Shown here in pieces: positions 1 to 10,200 of a DNA stretch of 14,487 nt (within the stretch, counting starts at the first letter, position 1; every line of letters starts with the position of its first letter). Where the stretch lies: the IMG/VR virus record IMGVR_UViG_2700989272_000004, positions 1-14,487 of that record; one strand, 5' to 3'. Below the pieces are notes generated by a model that was not told where the DNA came from, made no database searches, and saw only the letters and a program-made list of their open reading frames with translations. Source of the DNA: a virus. Lineage: Duplodnaviria; Heunggongvirae; Uroviricota; Caudoviricetes. The translations under genes and the position numbers were made by a program.

Positions 1-681
1 AACTGGATGGCAGGCCTGAAGTCCGGCTGGAGTGAGTGGGAAGAGAGCGCCACGGACAGTATGTCGCAGGTAAAAAGTGCAGCCACGCAGACCTTTGATG
101 GTATTGCACAGAATATGGCGGCGATGCTGACCGGCAGTGAGCAGAACTGGCGCAGCTTCACCCGTTCCGTGCTGTCCATGATGACAGAAATTCTGCTTAA
201 GCAGGCAATGGTGGGGATTGTCGGGAGTATCGGCAGCGCCATTGGCGGGGCTGTTGGTGGCGGCGCATCCGCGTCAGGCGGTACAGCCATTCAGGCAGCT
301 GCGGCGAAATTCCATTTTGCGACCGGGGGATTTACGGGAACCGGCGGCAAATATGAGCCAGCGGGGATTGTTCACCGTGGTGAATTTGTCTTCACGAAGG
401 AGGCAACCAGCCGGATTGGTGTCGGCAACCTGTACCGCCTGATGCGGGGCTATGCGGAAGGTGGTTATGTGGGCGGTGCCGGAAGTCCGGCGCAGATGCG
501 GCGGGCTGAAGGCATTAATTTTAATCAGAACAATCACGTGGTGATTCAGAACGACGGTACGAATGGTCTGCCAGGTCCACAGATGATGAAGGCGGTGTAT
601 GACATGGCCCGCAAGGGTGCCCGTGATGAAATCCAGGCACAGATGCGCGATGGTGGTCTGTTCTCCGGAGGTGGACGATGA
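1..681 (+). CDS. H: Tail tape measure protein, C-terminal portion (5' end lies upstream of the window); lambda gpH-like
   Basis: Open frame runs from base 1 to TGA at 679-681. Translation (NWMAGLKSGWSEWEES...GGLFSGGGR) matches my memory of the lambda gpH C-terminus, including the Gly-rich GSIGSAIGGAVGGG segment. Stop overlaps the start of M, as in lambda. Confidence 0.9.
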   Translation, partial: NWMAGLKSGWSEWEESATDSMSQVKSAATQTFDGIAQNMAAMLTGSEQNWRSFTRSVLSMMTEILLKQAMVGIVGSIGSAIGGAVGGGASASGGTAIQAAAAKFHFATGGFTGTGGKYEPAGIVHRGEFVFTKEATSRIGVGNLYRLMRGYAEGGYVGGAGSPAQMRRAEGINFNQNNHVVIQNDGTNGLPGPQMMKAVYDMARKGARDEIQAQMRDGGLFSGGGR

Positions 682-1007
682 AAACCTTCCGCTGGAAAGT
701 GAAACCCGGTATGGATGTGGCTTCGGTCCCTTCTGTAAGAAAGGTGCGCTTTGGTGATGGCTATTCTCAGCGAGCGCCTGCCGGGCTGAATGCCAACCTG
801 AAAACGTACAGCGTGACGCTTTCTGTCCCCCGTGAGGAGGCCACGGTACTGGAGTCGTTTCTGGAAGAGCACGGGGGCTGGAAATCCTTTCTGTGGACGC
901 CGCCTTATGAGTGGCGGCAGATAAAGGTGACCTGCGCAAAATGGTCGTCGCGGGTCAGTATGTTGCGTGTTGAGTTCAGCGCAGAGTTTGAACAGGTGGT
1001 GAACTGA
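678..1007 (+). CDS. M: Minor tail protein M (109 aa)
   Basis: ATG at 678 overlaps the H stop (ATGA). The 109-aa product (MKTFRWKVKPGMDV...) has the same length and near-identical sequence to lambda gpM as I recall it. Position between H and L is syntenic. Confidence 0.9.
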   Translation: MKTFRWKVKPGMDVASVPSVRKVRFGDGYSQRAPAGLNANLKTYSVTLSVPREEATVLESFLEEHGGWKSFLWTPPYEWRQIKVTCAKWSSRVSMLRVEFSAEFEQVVN

Positions 1008-1705
1008 TGCAGGATATCCGGCAGGAAACACTGAATGAATGCACCCGTGCGGAGCAGTCGGCCAGCGTGGTGCTCTGGGAAATCGATCTGACAGAGGTCG
1101 GTGGAGAACGTTATTTTTTCTGTAATGAGCAGAACGAAAAAGGTGAGCCGGTCACCTGGCAGGGGCGACAGTATCAGGCGTATCCCATTCAGGGGAGTGG
1201 TTTTGAACTGAATGGCAAAGGCACCAGTACGCGCCCCACGCTGATGGTTTCTAACCTGTACGGTATGGTCACCGGGATGGCGGAAGATCTACAGAGTCTG
1301 GTCGGCGGAACGGTGGTCCGGCGTAAGGTTTACGCCCGTTTTCTGGATGCGGTGAACTTCGTCAACGGAAACAGTGACGCCGATCCGGAGCAGGAGGTGA
1401 TCAGCCGCTGGCGCATTGAGCAGTGCAGCGAACTGAGCGCGGTGAGTGCCTCTTTTGTACTGTCCACGCCGACGGAAACGGACGGCGCTGTTTTTCCGGG
1501 ACGTATCATGCTGGCCAACACCTGCACCTGGACCTATCGCGGTGATGAGTGCGGTTATCACGGTCCGGCAGTCGCGGATGAATATGACCAGCCGACGTCC
1601 GATATCACGAAGGATAAATGCAGCAAATGCCTGAGCGGCTGTAAGTTTCGCAATAACGTCGGCAACTTTGGCGGCTTCCTTTCCATTAACAAACTTTCGC
1701 AGTAA
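1007..1705 (+). CDS. L: Tail tip protein L (232 aa)
   Basis: ATG at 1007 overlaps the M stop (TGATG). The 232-aa product matches lambda gpL in length and sequence, including the C-terminal Cys cluster (CGYHG...CSKCLSGC). Confidence 0.92.
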   Translation: MQDIRQETLNECTRAEQSASVVLWEIDLTEVGGERYFFCNEQNEKGEPVTWQGRQYQAYPIQGSGFELNGKGTSTRPTLMVSNLYGMVTGMAEDLQSLVGGTVVRRKVYARFLDAVNFVNGNSDADPEQEVISRWRIEQCSELSAVSASFVLSTPTETDGAVFPGRIMLANTCTWTYRGDECGYHGPAVADEYDQPTSDITKDKCSKCLSGCKFRNNVGNFGGFLSINKLSQ

Positions 1706-1710
1706 ATCCC

Positions 1711-2454
1711 ATGACACAGACAGAATCAGCGATTCTGGCGCACGCCCGGCGATGTGCGCCAGCGGAGTCGTGCGGCTTCGTGGTAAGCACGCCGGAGGGG
1801 GAAAGATATTTCCCCTGCGTGAATATCTCCGGTGAGCCGGAGGCGTATTTCCGTATGTCGCCGGAAGACTGGCTGCAGGCAGAAATGCAGGGTGAGATTG
1901 TGGCGCTGGTCCACAGCCACCCCGGTGGTCTGCCCTGGCTGAGTGAGGCCGACCGGCGGCTGCAGGTGCAGAGTGATTTGCCGTGGTGGCTGGTCTGCCG
2001 GGGGACGATTCATAAGTTCCGCTGTGTGCCGCATCTCACCGGGCGGCGCTTTGAACACGGGGTGACGGACTGTTACACGCTGTTCCGGGATGCTTATCAT
2101 CTGGCGGGGATTGAGATGCCGGATTTTCATCGCGAGGATGACTGGTGGCGTCACGGTCAGAATCTCTATCTGGATAATCTGGAGGCCACAGGGCTGTATC
2201 AGGTGCCGTTGTCATCAGCACAACCGGGCGATGTGCTGCTGTGCTGTTTTGGTTCATCGGTGCCGAATCATGCCGCCATTTACTGTGGTGACGGTGAGCT
2301 GCTGCACCATATTCCTGAACAACTGAGTAAACGAGAGAGGTACACCGACAAATGGCAGCGACGCACACACTCCCTCTGGCGTCACCGGGCATGGCACGCA
2401 TCTGCCTTTACGGGGATTTACAACGATTTGGCCGCCGCATCGACCTTCGTGTGA
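1711..2454 (+). CDS. K: Tail tip assembly protein K (JAMM/MPN plus NlpC/P60 domains); long form of 247 aa, classic lambda annotation would start at 1855
   Basis: ORF 1711..2454. JAMM-like motif HSHPGGLPWLSEAD (H-x-H-x7-S-x2-D) and a Cys/His set (DCYTLF, HAAIY) consistent with NlpC/P60. Sequence from MSPEDW (1855) onward matches lambda K as I remember it. The 3' end overlaps I by about 100 nt, as in lambda. Confidence 0.85.
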   Translation: MTQTESAILAHARRCAPAESCGFVVSTPEGERYFPCVNISGEPEAYFRMSPEDWLQAEMQGEIVALVHSHPGGLPWLSEADRRLQVQSDLPWWLVCRGTIHKFRCVPHLTGRRFEHGVTDCYTLFRDAYHLAGIEMPDFHREDDWWRHGQNLYLDNLEATGLYQVPLSSAQPGDVLLCCFGSSVPNHAAIYCGDGELLHHIPEQLSKRERYTDKWQRRTHSLWRHRAWHASAFTGIYNDLAAASTFV

Positions 2455-3023
2455 AAACGGGGGCTGAAGCCATTCGGGCGCTGGCCACACAGCTCCCGGC
2501 GTTTCGTCAGAAACTGAGCGACGGCTGGTATCAGGTACGGATTGCCGGGCAGGATGTCAGCACGTCCGGATTAACGGCGCAGTTACATGAGACTCTGCCT
2601 GATGGCGCTGTGATTCATATTGTTCCCAGAGTCGCCGGGGCCAAGTCAGGTGGCGTATTCCAGATTGTCCTGGGGGCTGCCGCCATTGCCGGATCATTCT
2701 TTACCGCCGGGGCCACCCTTGCAGCATGGGGGGCAGCCATTGGGGCCGGTGGTATGACCGGCATCCTGTTTTCTCTCGGTGCCAGTATGGTGCTCGGTGG
2801 TGTGGCGCAGATGCTGGCACCGAAAGCCAGAACTCCCCGTACACAGACAACGGATAACGGCAAACAGAACACCTATTTCTCCTCACTGGATAACATGGTT
2901 GCCCAGGGCAATGTTCTGCCTGTTCTGTACGGTGAAATGCGCGTGGGGTCACGCGTGGTTTCTCAGGAGATCAGCACGGCAGACGAAGGGGATGGTGGTC
3001 AGGTTGTGGTGATTGGTCGCTGA
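2352..3023 (+). CDS. I: Tail tip assembly protein I (223 aa)
   Basis: 223-aa ORF overlapping the K 3' end. Sequence matches lambda gpI from memory, including a Gly/Ala-rich hydrophobic segment (GAAAIAGSFFTAGATLAAWGAAIGAGG). Confidence 0.9.
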   Translation: MAATHTLPLASPGMARICLYGDLQRFGRRIDLRVKTGAEAIRALATQLPAFRQKLSDGWYQVRIAGQDVSTSGLTAQLHETLPDGAVIHIVPRVAGAKSGGVFQIVLGAAAIAGSFFTAGATLAAWGAAIGAGGMTGILFSLGASMVLGGVAQMLAPKARTPRTQTTDNGKQNTYFSSLDNMVAQGNVLPVLYGEMRVGSRVVSQEISTADEGDGGQVVVIGR

Positions 3024-3041
3024 TGCAAAATGTTTTATGTG

Positions 3042-3061
3042 AAACCGCCTGCGGGCGGTTT
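3042..3061 (+). other. Stem-loop in the I-J intergenic spacer (possible mRNA structure, not a full terminator)
   Basis: AAACCGCC (3042-3049), loop TGCG, GGCGGTTT (3054-3061). Followed by a T-poor sequence and the J ribosome-binding site. Confidence 0.3.
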
Positions 3062-3083
3062 TGTCGTTTATGGAGCGTGAGGA

Positions 3084-6000
3084 ATGGGTAAAGGCAGCAG
3101 TAAGGGGCATACCCCGCGCGAAGCGAAGGACAACCTGAAGTCCACGCAGCTGCTGAGTGTGATCGATGCCATCAGCGAAGGGCCGGTTGAAGGTCCGGTG
3201 GACGGATTAAAAAGCGTGCTGCTGAACAGTACGCCGGTGCTGGACAGTGAGGGGAATACCAATATATCCGGCGTCACGGTGGTGTTCCGGACCGGTGAGC
3301 AGGAGCAGTCACCGCCGGAGGGATTTGAATCCTCCGGCTCCGAGACGGTGCTGGGTACGGAAGTGAAATATGACACGCCGATCACCCGGGCCATTACGTC
3401 TGCAAACATCGACCGTCTGCGCTTTACCTTCGGTGTACAGGCACTGGTGGAAACCACCTCAAAGGGGGACCGGAATCCGTCGGAAGTCCGCCTGCTGGTT
3501 CAGATACAGCGTAATGGTGGCTGGGTGACGGAAAAAGACATCACCATTAAGGGCAAAACCACCTCGCAGTATCTGGCCTCGGTGGTGGTGGATAACCTGC
3601 CGCCGCGCCCGTTCAATATACGGATGCGCAGGATGACGCCGGACAGCACCACAGACCAGCTGCAGAACAAAACGCTCTGGTCGTCATACACCGAAATCAT
3701 CGATGTGAAACAGTGCTACCCGAACACGGCCCTGGTCGGCGTGCAGGTGGATTCGGAGCAGTTCGGCAGCCAGCAGGTGAGCCGTAATTATCATCTGCGC
3801 GGGCGCATTCTGCAGGTGCCGTCGAACTATAACCCGCAGACGCGGCAATACAGCGGTATCTGGGATGGAACGTTTAAGCCAGCATACAGCAACAACATGG
3901 CCTGGTGTCTGTGGGATATGCTGACCCATCCGCGCTACGGCATGGGGAAACGTCTTGGTGCGGCGGATGTGGATAAATGGGCGCTGTATGTCATCGGCCA
4001 GTACTGCGACCAGTCGGTGCCGGACGGCTTTGGCGGCACGGAGCCGCGCATCACCTGTAATGCGTACCTGACCACACAGCGCAAGGCGTGGGATGTTCTC
4101 AGTGATTTCTGCTCGGCGATGCGCTGTATGCCGGTATGGAACGGGCAGACGCTGACGTTCGTGCAGGACCGACCGTCGGATAAGGTGTGGACCTATAACC
4201 GCAGTAATGTGGTGATGCCGGATGATGGCGCGCCGTTCCGCTACAGCTTCAGCGCCCTGAAGGACCGCCATAATGCCGTTGAGGTGAACTGGATTGACCC
4301 GGATAACGGCTGGGAGACGGCGACAGAGCTTGTGGAGGACACGCAGGCCATTGCCCGTTACGGTCGTAACGTCACGAAGATGGATGCCTTTGGCTGTACC
4401 AGCCGGGGGCAGGCACACCGCGCCGGGCTGTGGCTGATTAAAACGGAACTGCTGGAAATGCAGACCGTGGATTTCAGCGTGGGCGCAGAAGGGCTTCGCC
4501 ATGTGCCGGGCGATGTCATTGAAATCTGCGATGATGACTATGCCGGTATCAGCACCGGCGGGCGCGTGCTGGCGGTGAACAGCCAGACCCGGACGCTGAC
4601 GCTCGACCGTGAAATCACGCTGCCATCCTCCGGTACCACGCTGATAAGCCTGGTTGACGGAAGTGGCAATCCGGTCAGCGTGGAGGTTCAGTCCGTCACC
4701 GACGGTGTGAAGGTGAAAGTGAGCCGTGTTCCTGACGGCGTTGCCGGATACAGCATATGGGGGCTGAAGCTGCCGACGCTGCGCCAGCGCCTGTTCCGCT
4801 GTGTGAGTATCCGTGAGAACGATGACGGCACGTATGCCATCACTGCCGTGCAGCATGTACCGGAGAAAGAAGCCATCGTGGATAACGGGGCGCACTTTGA
4901 CGGCGACCAGAGCGGAACGGTAAACGGTGTCACGCCGCCAGCGGTGCAGCACCTGACCGCAGAAGTCACCGCAGACAGCGGGGAATACCAGGTGCTGGCG
5001 CGCTGGGACACGCCGAAGGTGGTGAAGGGCGTGAGTTTCCTGCTTCGCCTGACCGTGGCAGCGGATGACGGCAGTGAGCGGCTGGTCAGCACGGCCCGGA
5101 CGACGGAAACCACATACCGCTTCACGCAGCTGGCGCTGGGAAACTACAGGCTGACAGTCCGGGCGGCAAATGCCTGGGGACAGCAGGGCGATCCGGCATC
5201 GGTATCGTTCCGGATTGCCGCACCGGCAGCGCCGTCGCGGATTGAGCTGACGCCGGGCTATTTTCAGATAACCGCCACGCCGCATCTTGCCGTTTATGAT
5301 CCGACGGTACAGTTTGAGTTCTGGTTCTCGGAAAAGCGGATTGCGGATATCAGGCAGGTTGAAACCACAGCACGCTATCTTGGTACGGCGCTGTACTGGA
5401 TAGCCGCCAGTATCAATATCAAACCGGGCCATGATTATTACTTTTATATCCGCAGTGTGAACACCGTTGGCAAATCGGCATTTGTGGAGGCCGTCGGTCG
5501 GGCGAGCGATGATGCGGAAGGTTACCTGGATTTTTTCAAAGGCCAGATAACCGAATCCCATCTCGGCAAGGAGCTGCTGGAAAAAGTCGACCTGACGGAG
5601 GATAACGCCAGCAGACTGGAGGAGTTTTCGAAAGAGTGGAAAGACGCCAACGATAAATGGAATGCCATGTGGGGCGTCAAAATTGAGCAGACCAAAGACG
5701 GCAAACATTATGTCGCGGGGCTTGGCCTCAGCATGGAGGATACAGAGGAAGGCAAACTGAGCCAGTTTCTGGTTGCTGCTAACCGTATCGCGTTTATTGA
5801 CCCGGCAAACGGGAATGAAACGCCGATGTTTGTGGCGCAGGGCAACCAGATATTCATGAACGACGTGTTCCTCAAACGTCTGACGGCCCCCACCATTACC
5901 AGTGGTGGAAATCCACCGGTATTTTCCCTGACACCGGACGGAAAGCTGACCGCTAAAAATGCGGATATCAGTGGCAGTGTGAATGCGAACTCCGGGACGC

Positions 6001-6497
6001 TCAACAACGTCACGATAAATGAAAACTGTACGATTAAGGGCATGCTGGAGGCGAATCAGGTCAGAGGTGATTTTGTTAAAACAGTATCCAAATCATTCCC
6101 GAAAAAGGCTGGTACGTGGGGTAATACGGAAACACCAGACGGGACGGTTACAGTCACCATCAGCGATGATCATAACTTTGACCGTCAAATCATTATTCCG
6201 CCCATTATCTTTAACGGTATAGCGTATGACGCTCCGGGAAGTGGTGATAACCCGGGAGGTACAAGGTACACGGGGTATGGTTTTGAAGTTCGCAAAAACG
6301 GCGTATTAATCGCATCCAGAGAAACTAAAGGGGCCATTCCCGGTAGTTACAGTGCGGTTATTGATATGCCGAGTGGCAGGGGAAGCGTCACTCTGGAGTT
6401 TAAGATTTTCCAGAAAGGCAATCAGGGGGCAGGCAATATCACCGACTGTACGGTGATTGTGACCAAAAAGGCTGCTTCCGGTATCAGTATTCGTTGA
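3084..6497 (+). CDS. J: Central tail fibre / host-specificity protein J (1137 aa) with a diverged C-terminal receptor-binding domain
   Basis: ATG at 3084 preceded by GGAG/GAGGA. N-terminus [34 protein letters not shown] and most of the protein match lambda gpJ (1132 aa) from memory. The last ~150 aa (from about nt 6030) differ from the lambda C-terminus as I recall it, and the DNA there is visibly AT-richer. Confidence 0.95.
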   Translation: MGKGSSKGHTPREAKDNLKSTQLLSVIDAISEGPVEGPVDGLKSVLLNSTPVLDSEGNTNISGVTVVFRTGEQEQSPPEGFESSGSETVLGTEVKYDTPITRAITSANIDRLRFTFGVQALVETTSKGDRNPSEVRLLVQIQRNGGWVTEKDITIKGKTTSQYLASVVVDNLPPRPFNIRMRRMTPDSTTDQLQNKTLWSSYTEIIDVKQCYPNTALVGVQVDSEQFGSQQVSRNYHLRGRILQVPSNYNPQTRQYSGIWDGTFKPAYSNNMAWCLWDMLTHPRYGMGKRLGAADVDKWALYVIGQYCDQSVPDGFGGTEPRITCNAYLTTQRKAWDVLSDFCSAMRCMPVWNGQTLTFVQDRPSDKVWTYNRSNVVMPDDGAPFRYSFSALKDRHNAVEVNWIDPDNGWETATELVEDTQAIARYGRNVTKMDAFGCTSRGQAHRAGLWLIKTELLEMQTVDFSVGAEGLRHVPGDVIEICDDDYAGISTGGRVLAVNSQTRTLTLDREITLPSSGTTLISLVDGSGNPVSVEVQSVTDGVKVKVSRVPDGVAGYSIWGLKLPTLRQRLFRCVSIRENDDGTYAITAVQHVPEKEAIVDNGAHFDGDQSGTVNGVTPPAVQHLTAEVTADSGEYQVLARWDTPKVVKGVSFLLRLTVAADDGSERLVSTARTTETTYRFTQLALGNYRLTVRAANAWGQQGDPASVSFRIAAPAAPSRIELTPGYFQITATPHLAVYDPTVQFEFWFSEKRIADIRQVETTARYLGTALYWIAASINIKPGHDYYFYIRSVNTVGKSAFVEAVGRASDDAEGYLDFFKGQITESHLGKELLEKVDLTEDNASRLEEFSKEWKDANDKWNAMWGVKIEQTKDGKHYVAGLGLSMEDTEEGKLSQFLVAANRIAFIDPANGNETPMFVAQGNQIFMNDVFLKRLTAPTITSGGNPPVFSLTPDGKLTAKNADISGSVNANSGTLNNVTINENCTIKGMLEANQVRGDFVKTVSKSFPKKAGTWGNTETPDGTVTVTISDDHNFDRQIIIPPIIFNGIAYDAPGSGDNPGGTRYTGYGFEVRKNGVLIASRETKGAIPGSYSAVIDMPSGRGSVTLEFKIFQKGNQGAGNITDCTVIVTKKAASGISIR

Positions 6498-6519
6498 AAT
6501 TGTTATAACCCCAATAAAG

Positions 6520-6543
6520 GGCGTCAGGAATGACGCCTTTTTT
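6520..6543 (+). terminator. Rho-independent terminator downstream of J
   Basis: Perfect 7-bp stem GGCGTCA (6520-6526) / TGACGCC (6531-6537), loop GGAA, followed by a T6 run (6538-6543). Confidence 0.75.
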
Positions 6544-6567
6544 ATTGCAGAAAAGCGAGAGGTAATT

Positions 6568-7167
6568 ATGCGTAAAGTTTGTGCAGCCATTTTGTCCGCA
6601 GCCATCTGTCTGGTCGTATCCGGTGCGCCTGCATGGGCGTCTGAACATCAGTCCTCGCTGAGCGCGGGGTATCTTCATGCCTCGACGAACGTTCCCGGCA
6701 GCGATGATCTTAACGGGATTAACGTGAAATACCGTTATGAGTTTACGGACACGCTGGGGATGGTGACGTCATTCAGTTATGCAGAAGACAAGAATCGCCA
6801 GCTGACTCATTACAGCGATACCCGCTGGCATGAAGATTCCGTGCGTAACCGCTGGTTCAGCGTGATGGCGGGGCCGTCTGTGCGCGTGAATGAATGGTTC
6901 AGCGCGTATGCGATGGCGGGTGTGGCTTACAGCCGTATTTCTACTTTCTCCGGGGATTATCTCCGCGTAACTGACAACAAGGGGAAAACGCACGAAGTGC
7001 TGACCGGAAGTGATGACGGTCGCCGCAGCAACACGTCTCTGGCGTGGGGGACTGGCGTGCAGTTTAACCCGACCGAATCCGTGGCCATTGATATTGCTTA
7101 TGAAGGCTCCGGCAGTGGCGACTGGCGCACTGACGGTTTCATCGTGGGTGTCGGTTATAAGTTCTGA
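6568..7167 (+). CDS. lom: Lom-family outer-membrane beta-barrel protein (Ail/Lom/PagC family), 199 aa
   Basis: Signal-peptide-like N-terminus (MRKVCAAILSAAICLVVSGAPAWA). C-terminus AIDIAYEGSGSGDWRTDGFIVGVGYKF and GINVKYRYEFTD match lambda Lom from memory. Position directly after J is syntenic with lambda. Confidence 0.9.
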   Translation: MRKVCAAILSAAICLVVSGAPAWASEHQSSLSAGYLHASTNVPGSDDLNGINVKYRYEFTDTLGMVTSFSYAEDKNRQLTHYSDTRWHEDSVRNRWFSVMAGPSVRVNEWFSAYAMAGVAYSRISTFSGDYLRVTDNKGKTHEVLTGSDDGRRSNTSLAWGTGVQFNPTESVAIDIAYEGSGSGDWRTDGFIVGVGYKF

Positions 7168-7194
7168 TTAGCCAGGTAACACAGTGTTATGACA

Positions 7195-7220
7195 GCCCGC
7201 CGGTTCAGGCGGGCTTTTTT
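7195..7220 (+). terminator. Rho-independent terminator downstream of lom
   Basis: Stem GCCCGCC (7195-7201) / GGCGGGC (7208-7214), loop GGTTCA, followed by a T6 run (7215-7220). Confidence 0.75.
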
Positions 7221-7231
7221 GTGGGGTGAAT

Positions 7232-10200
7232 ATGGCAGTAAAGATTTCAGGTGTACTGAAAGACGGTGCAGGTAAACCGGTACAGAACTGCACAATCCAG
7301 CTGAAAGCAAAACGTAACAGCACCACGGTGGTGGTGAACACGGTGGCCTCAGAAAATCCGGATGAAGCCGGGCGTTACAGCATGGACGTTGAGTACGGTC
7401 AGTACAGCGTTATTCTGTTGGTGGAAGGCTTCCCGCCATCGCATGCCGGGACCATCACCGTGTATGAAGACTCACAACCGGGTACGCTGAATGATTTTCT
7501 TGGTGCCATGACGGAGGATGATGCCCGTCCGGAGGCACTGCGCCGCTTTGAACTGATGGTGGAAGAGGTGGCGCATAACGCGTCCGCAGTGGCACAGAAC
7601 ACGGCAGCCGCAAAGAAGTCAGCCAGCGATGCCGGCACATCTGCCCGTGAGGCGGCAACCCATGCAACCGATGCTGCAGGCTCAGCACGTGCCGCCAGCA
7701 CGTCAGCCGGACAGGCTGCATCATCTGCTCAGTCAGCATCTTCCAGCGCAGGAACGGCATCAACAAAGGCCACTGAAGCATTAAAAAGTGCTGCCGCTGC
7801 AGAGTCCTCAAAAAGCGCGGCAGCCACCAGTGCCGGTGCGGCGAAAACGTCAGAAACGAATGCCGCAGCATCACAACTATCAGCAGCCACTTCTGCATCC
7901 ACCGCGACCACGAAGGCGTCAGAAGCTGCCACCTCAGCCCGGGATGCGGCGGCCTCAAAAGAGGCAGCGAAATCATCAGAAACGAACGCATCATCAAGTG
8001 CCAGTAGTGCAGCTTCCTCGGCAACGGCGGCAGGAAATTCCGCGAAGGCCGCAAAAACGTCTGAGACGAATGCGGATAACAGCGCACAGGCGGCAGCAGA
8101 CTCACAAACTGCATCGGCAAACTCCGCGACAGCAGCCAAAAAATCAGAAACCAACGCGAAAAATAGCGAGGCAGCAGCAAAGAGCAGCGAAACAAACGCT
8201 AAAGCCAGCGAAACTAATGCTAAATCCAGTGAAACAAACGCGGCGAAATCTGCGGCGGACGCACTTAATTATCGCAACCAGGCGCAAGTAATTGTTGGGG
8301 GTAATATCGGTCTTGGCTCAGCTCCGCGTGATTGTCCTGATATTTCCGGCAACCCATCAGGGTATATCGGATTTATGCGTATTCGTGAAGCAGCCACTGG
8401 TTTTCCGTCCATTGCTTCAGGTGAGTCGTACTTAACAGGCTTTATTAGCGGTTGCGATGGTTCTCCTACATATGCGGGTATATTCCAGGGTTGGAATTCA
8501 AGATCCCTGTATACCTATCGCTGGTCGAGCGCCACAGGCCCGCAATGGACACGTCACGCAAGAAAGGATGAAGTTGACCGTCTTGACCAATGGAATAGCG
8601 AAACATGGTTATATAATCATGATAAATCCATGCGACTTGGTTTAACCGCCTCATCATGGGGTTGTTACAGCGACACACAAAAAAAATGGATACCACTTGA
8701 TGTTTCTCATGGTGGTACTGGTGCGGCAACTATTGATGGTGCAAGAACTAATCTTGGATTAGGCAGGGATAACAGCCCTCAACTTAACAGTCTATTTCTT
8801 GATAGATATAGTGATTCTACTGGCGCATACACTACTGGCGGAATGCTCCATACGAGGCTGTTAGCAAATGACAACACTGTGCGCCTTGCCGCTGATATGT
8901 ATGTTCAGACTTTTCCAAATGAGCAAGGTCGATTAACAATAAGGTTTACATACGGTGGTTCAACTGGTGCTACAAAATGTCTAGACCTTAACTCAGAAGG
9001 TAATTTAATTGTAGATAGTGCGATACTGAAATCAACGGTCGAAAAACCTTTACAAATAAATAGTGCTAACCCGGCAATAAGATTTAATGAAACAGATCGC
9101 CCGGCTAACACGCCTACTTATACTCTCATTGCTAATGCTGGCGACTGGTTTATTCAGAAACGCGATTATGATGATGCCGGAAGCGTTAGTAACGCAATTT
9201 CATATAATTTCGCAAACGACAGAATTGATGTGCAAAATCTTAAAGCGTCTGGGTTAATTACAGCTAACTCAGGAATCGCAACATTAACAGGTCATGACTG
9301 GAACGCTCAGCATACTGATAACGTCGACAAATTTAGACCAATCGCAGGCAGTACAAACGGCCCGGCAGGTTCTATGGTTCTTGGCGGCATTCATGTTCAA
9401 TTTAGTAAAAATTATGCTGTGCAGTTCGGAGGCCGCAATTCCGGTTTTTGGGGAAGAACAATTGAAAATGGAACGACGCAGGAATGGAAGAAATTACTAA
9501 CAGTAGACGATCTCAATTCATCTACCGATCTTGCTGTCAGGTCATTAACCACATCTAACCCGGTAAAATCTGGCGGAGGGCGAATTGATGTCCTTGGAAG
9601 CACGTCAGACTATAGCAAAATGGATTGCTTTGTACGTGGGTTTGATAGCACCGGTAATTCTCTCGCGTGGGCGTTGGGTTCATCAGTCGGCGTAAGTAAG
9701 ATGCTGTCGCTAAAAAATTTCTTTAGCGGAGCTGAGATACTGTTAAATGGTAATGACGGCGCGGTTCAACTCAAAACAGGTGCTGTTAACGGGGCTAAAG
9801 CGCAGACGCTCACTATCAACAAGGATGAGGTTAACTCAACTGTTGATTTAACTCTTACAAAACAAACAGGGACTGGAAATAGTTTTGTTTTACAGAACTT
9901 AGGTAATACAGAACTATCATTTGCCGCAAAAGTATGGGGATCAAGTGATCGACAAAACGTTTTTGAGGTTGGAACGTCTGCTGCGTATCTGTTTTATGCG
10001 CAAAAAACGTCAGCAGGCCAGTTGTTTGATGTAAATGGCGCTATTAATTGCACAACGCTGAATCAGTCATCAGACCGCGACCTTAAAGACGATATTCTCG
10101 TTATCAGCGACGCGACGAAAGCAATCCGTAAAATGAACGGATACACCTACACGCTCAGGGAAAACGGGATGCCTTATGCTGGCGTTATTGCACAGGAAGT

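Noticed and set aside
218-1031. ORFs 218..442 (+), 274..939 (-) and 546..1031 (-) overlapping H and M
   Set aside because: Alternative or antisense frames of the conserved H/M coding sequence, with Arg/Pro-rich junk translations.
3684-5708. 674-aa ORF on the - strand, entirely inside J
   Set aside because: Antisense to a well-supported, lambda-like J gene. Arg/Pro/Gly/His/Cys-rich composition typical of the reverse frame of GC-rich coding DNA. No independent start context.
8180-8242. Tandem 21-bp repeats considered as a possible CRISPR-like or VNTR array
   Set aside because: Only three in-frame copies without spacers, encoding KSSETNA heptads inside stf. This is a coding tandem repeat, not a CRISPR array.
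7399-8291. Several 100-250-aa ORFs on both strands (7399..7701 -, 7455..8195 -, 7729..8154 -, 7788..8291 +) overlapping the Stf repeat region
   Set aside because: All lie within the low-complexity Ser/Ala repeat tract of stf, where stop codons are rare in every frame. Their translations are low-complexity (poly-Ala, or Pro/Arg/Gln-rich) with no recognisable domains.
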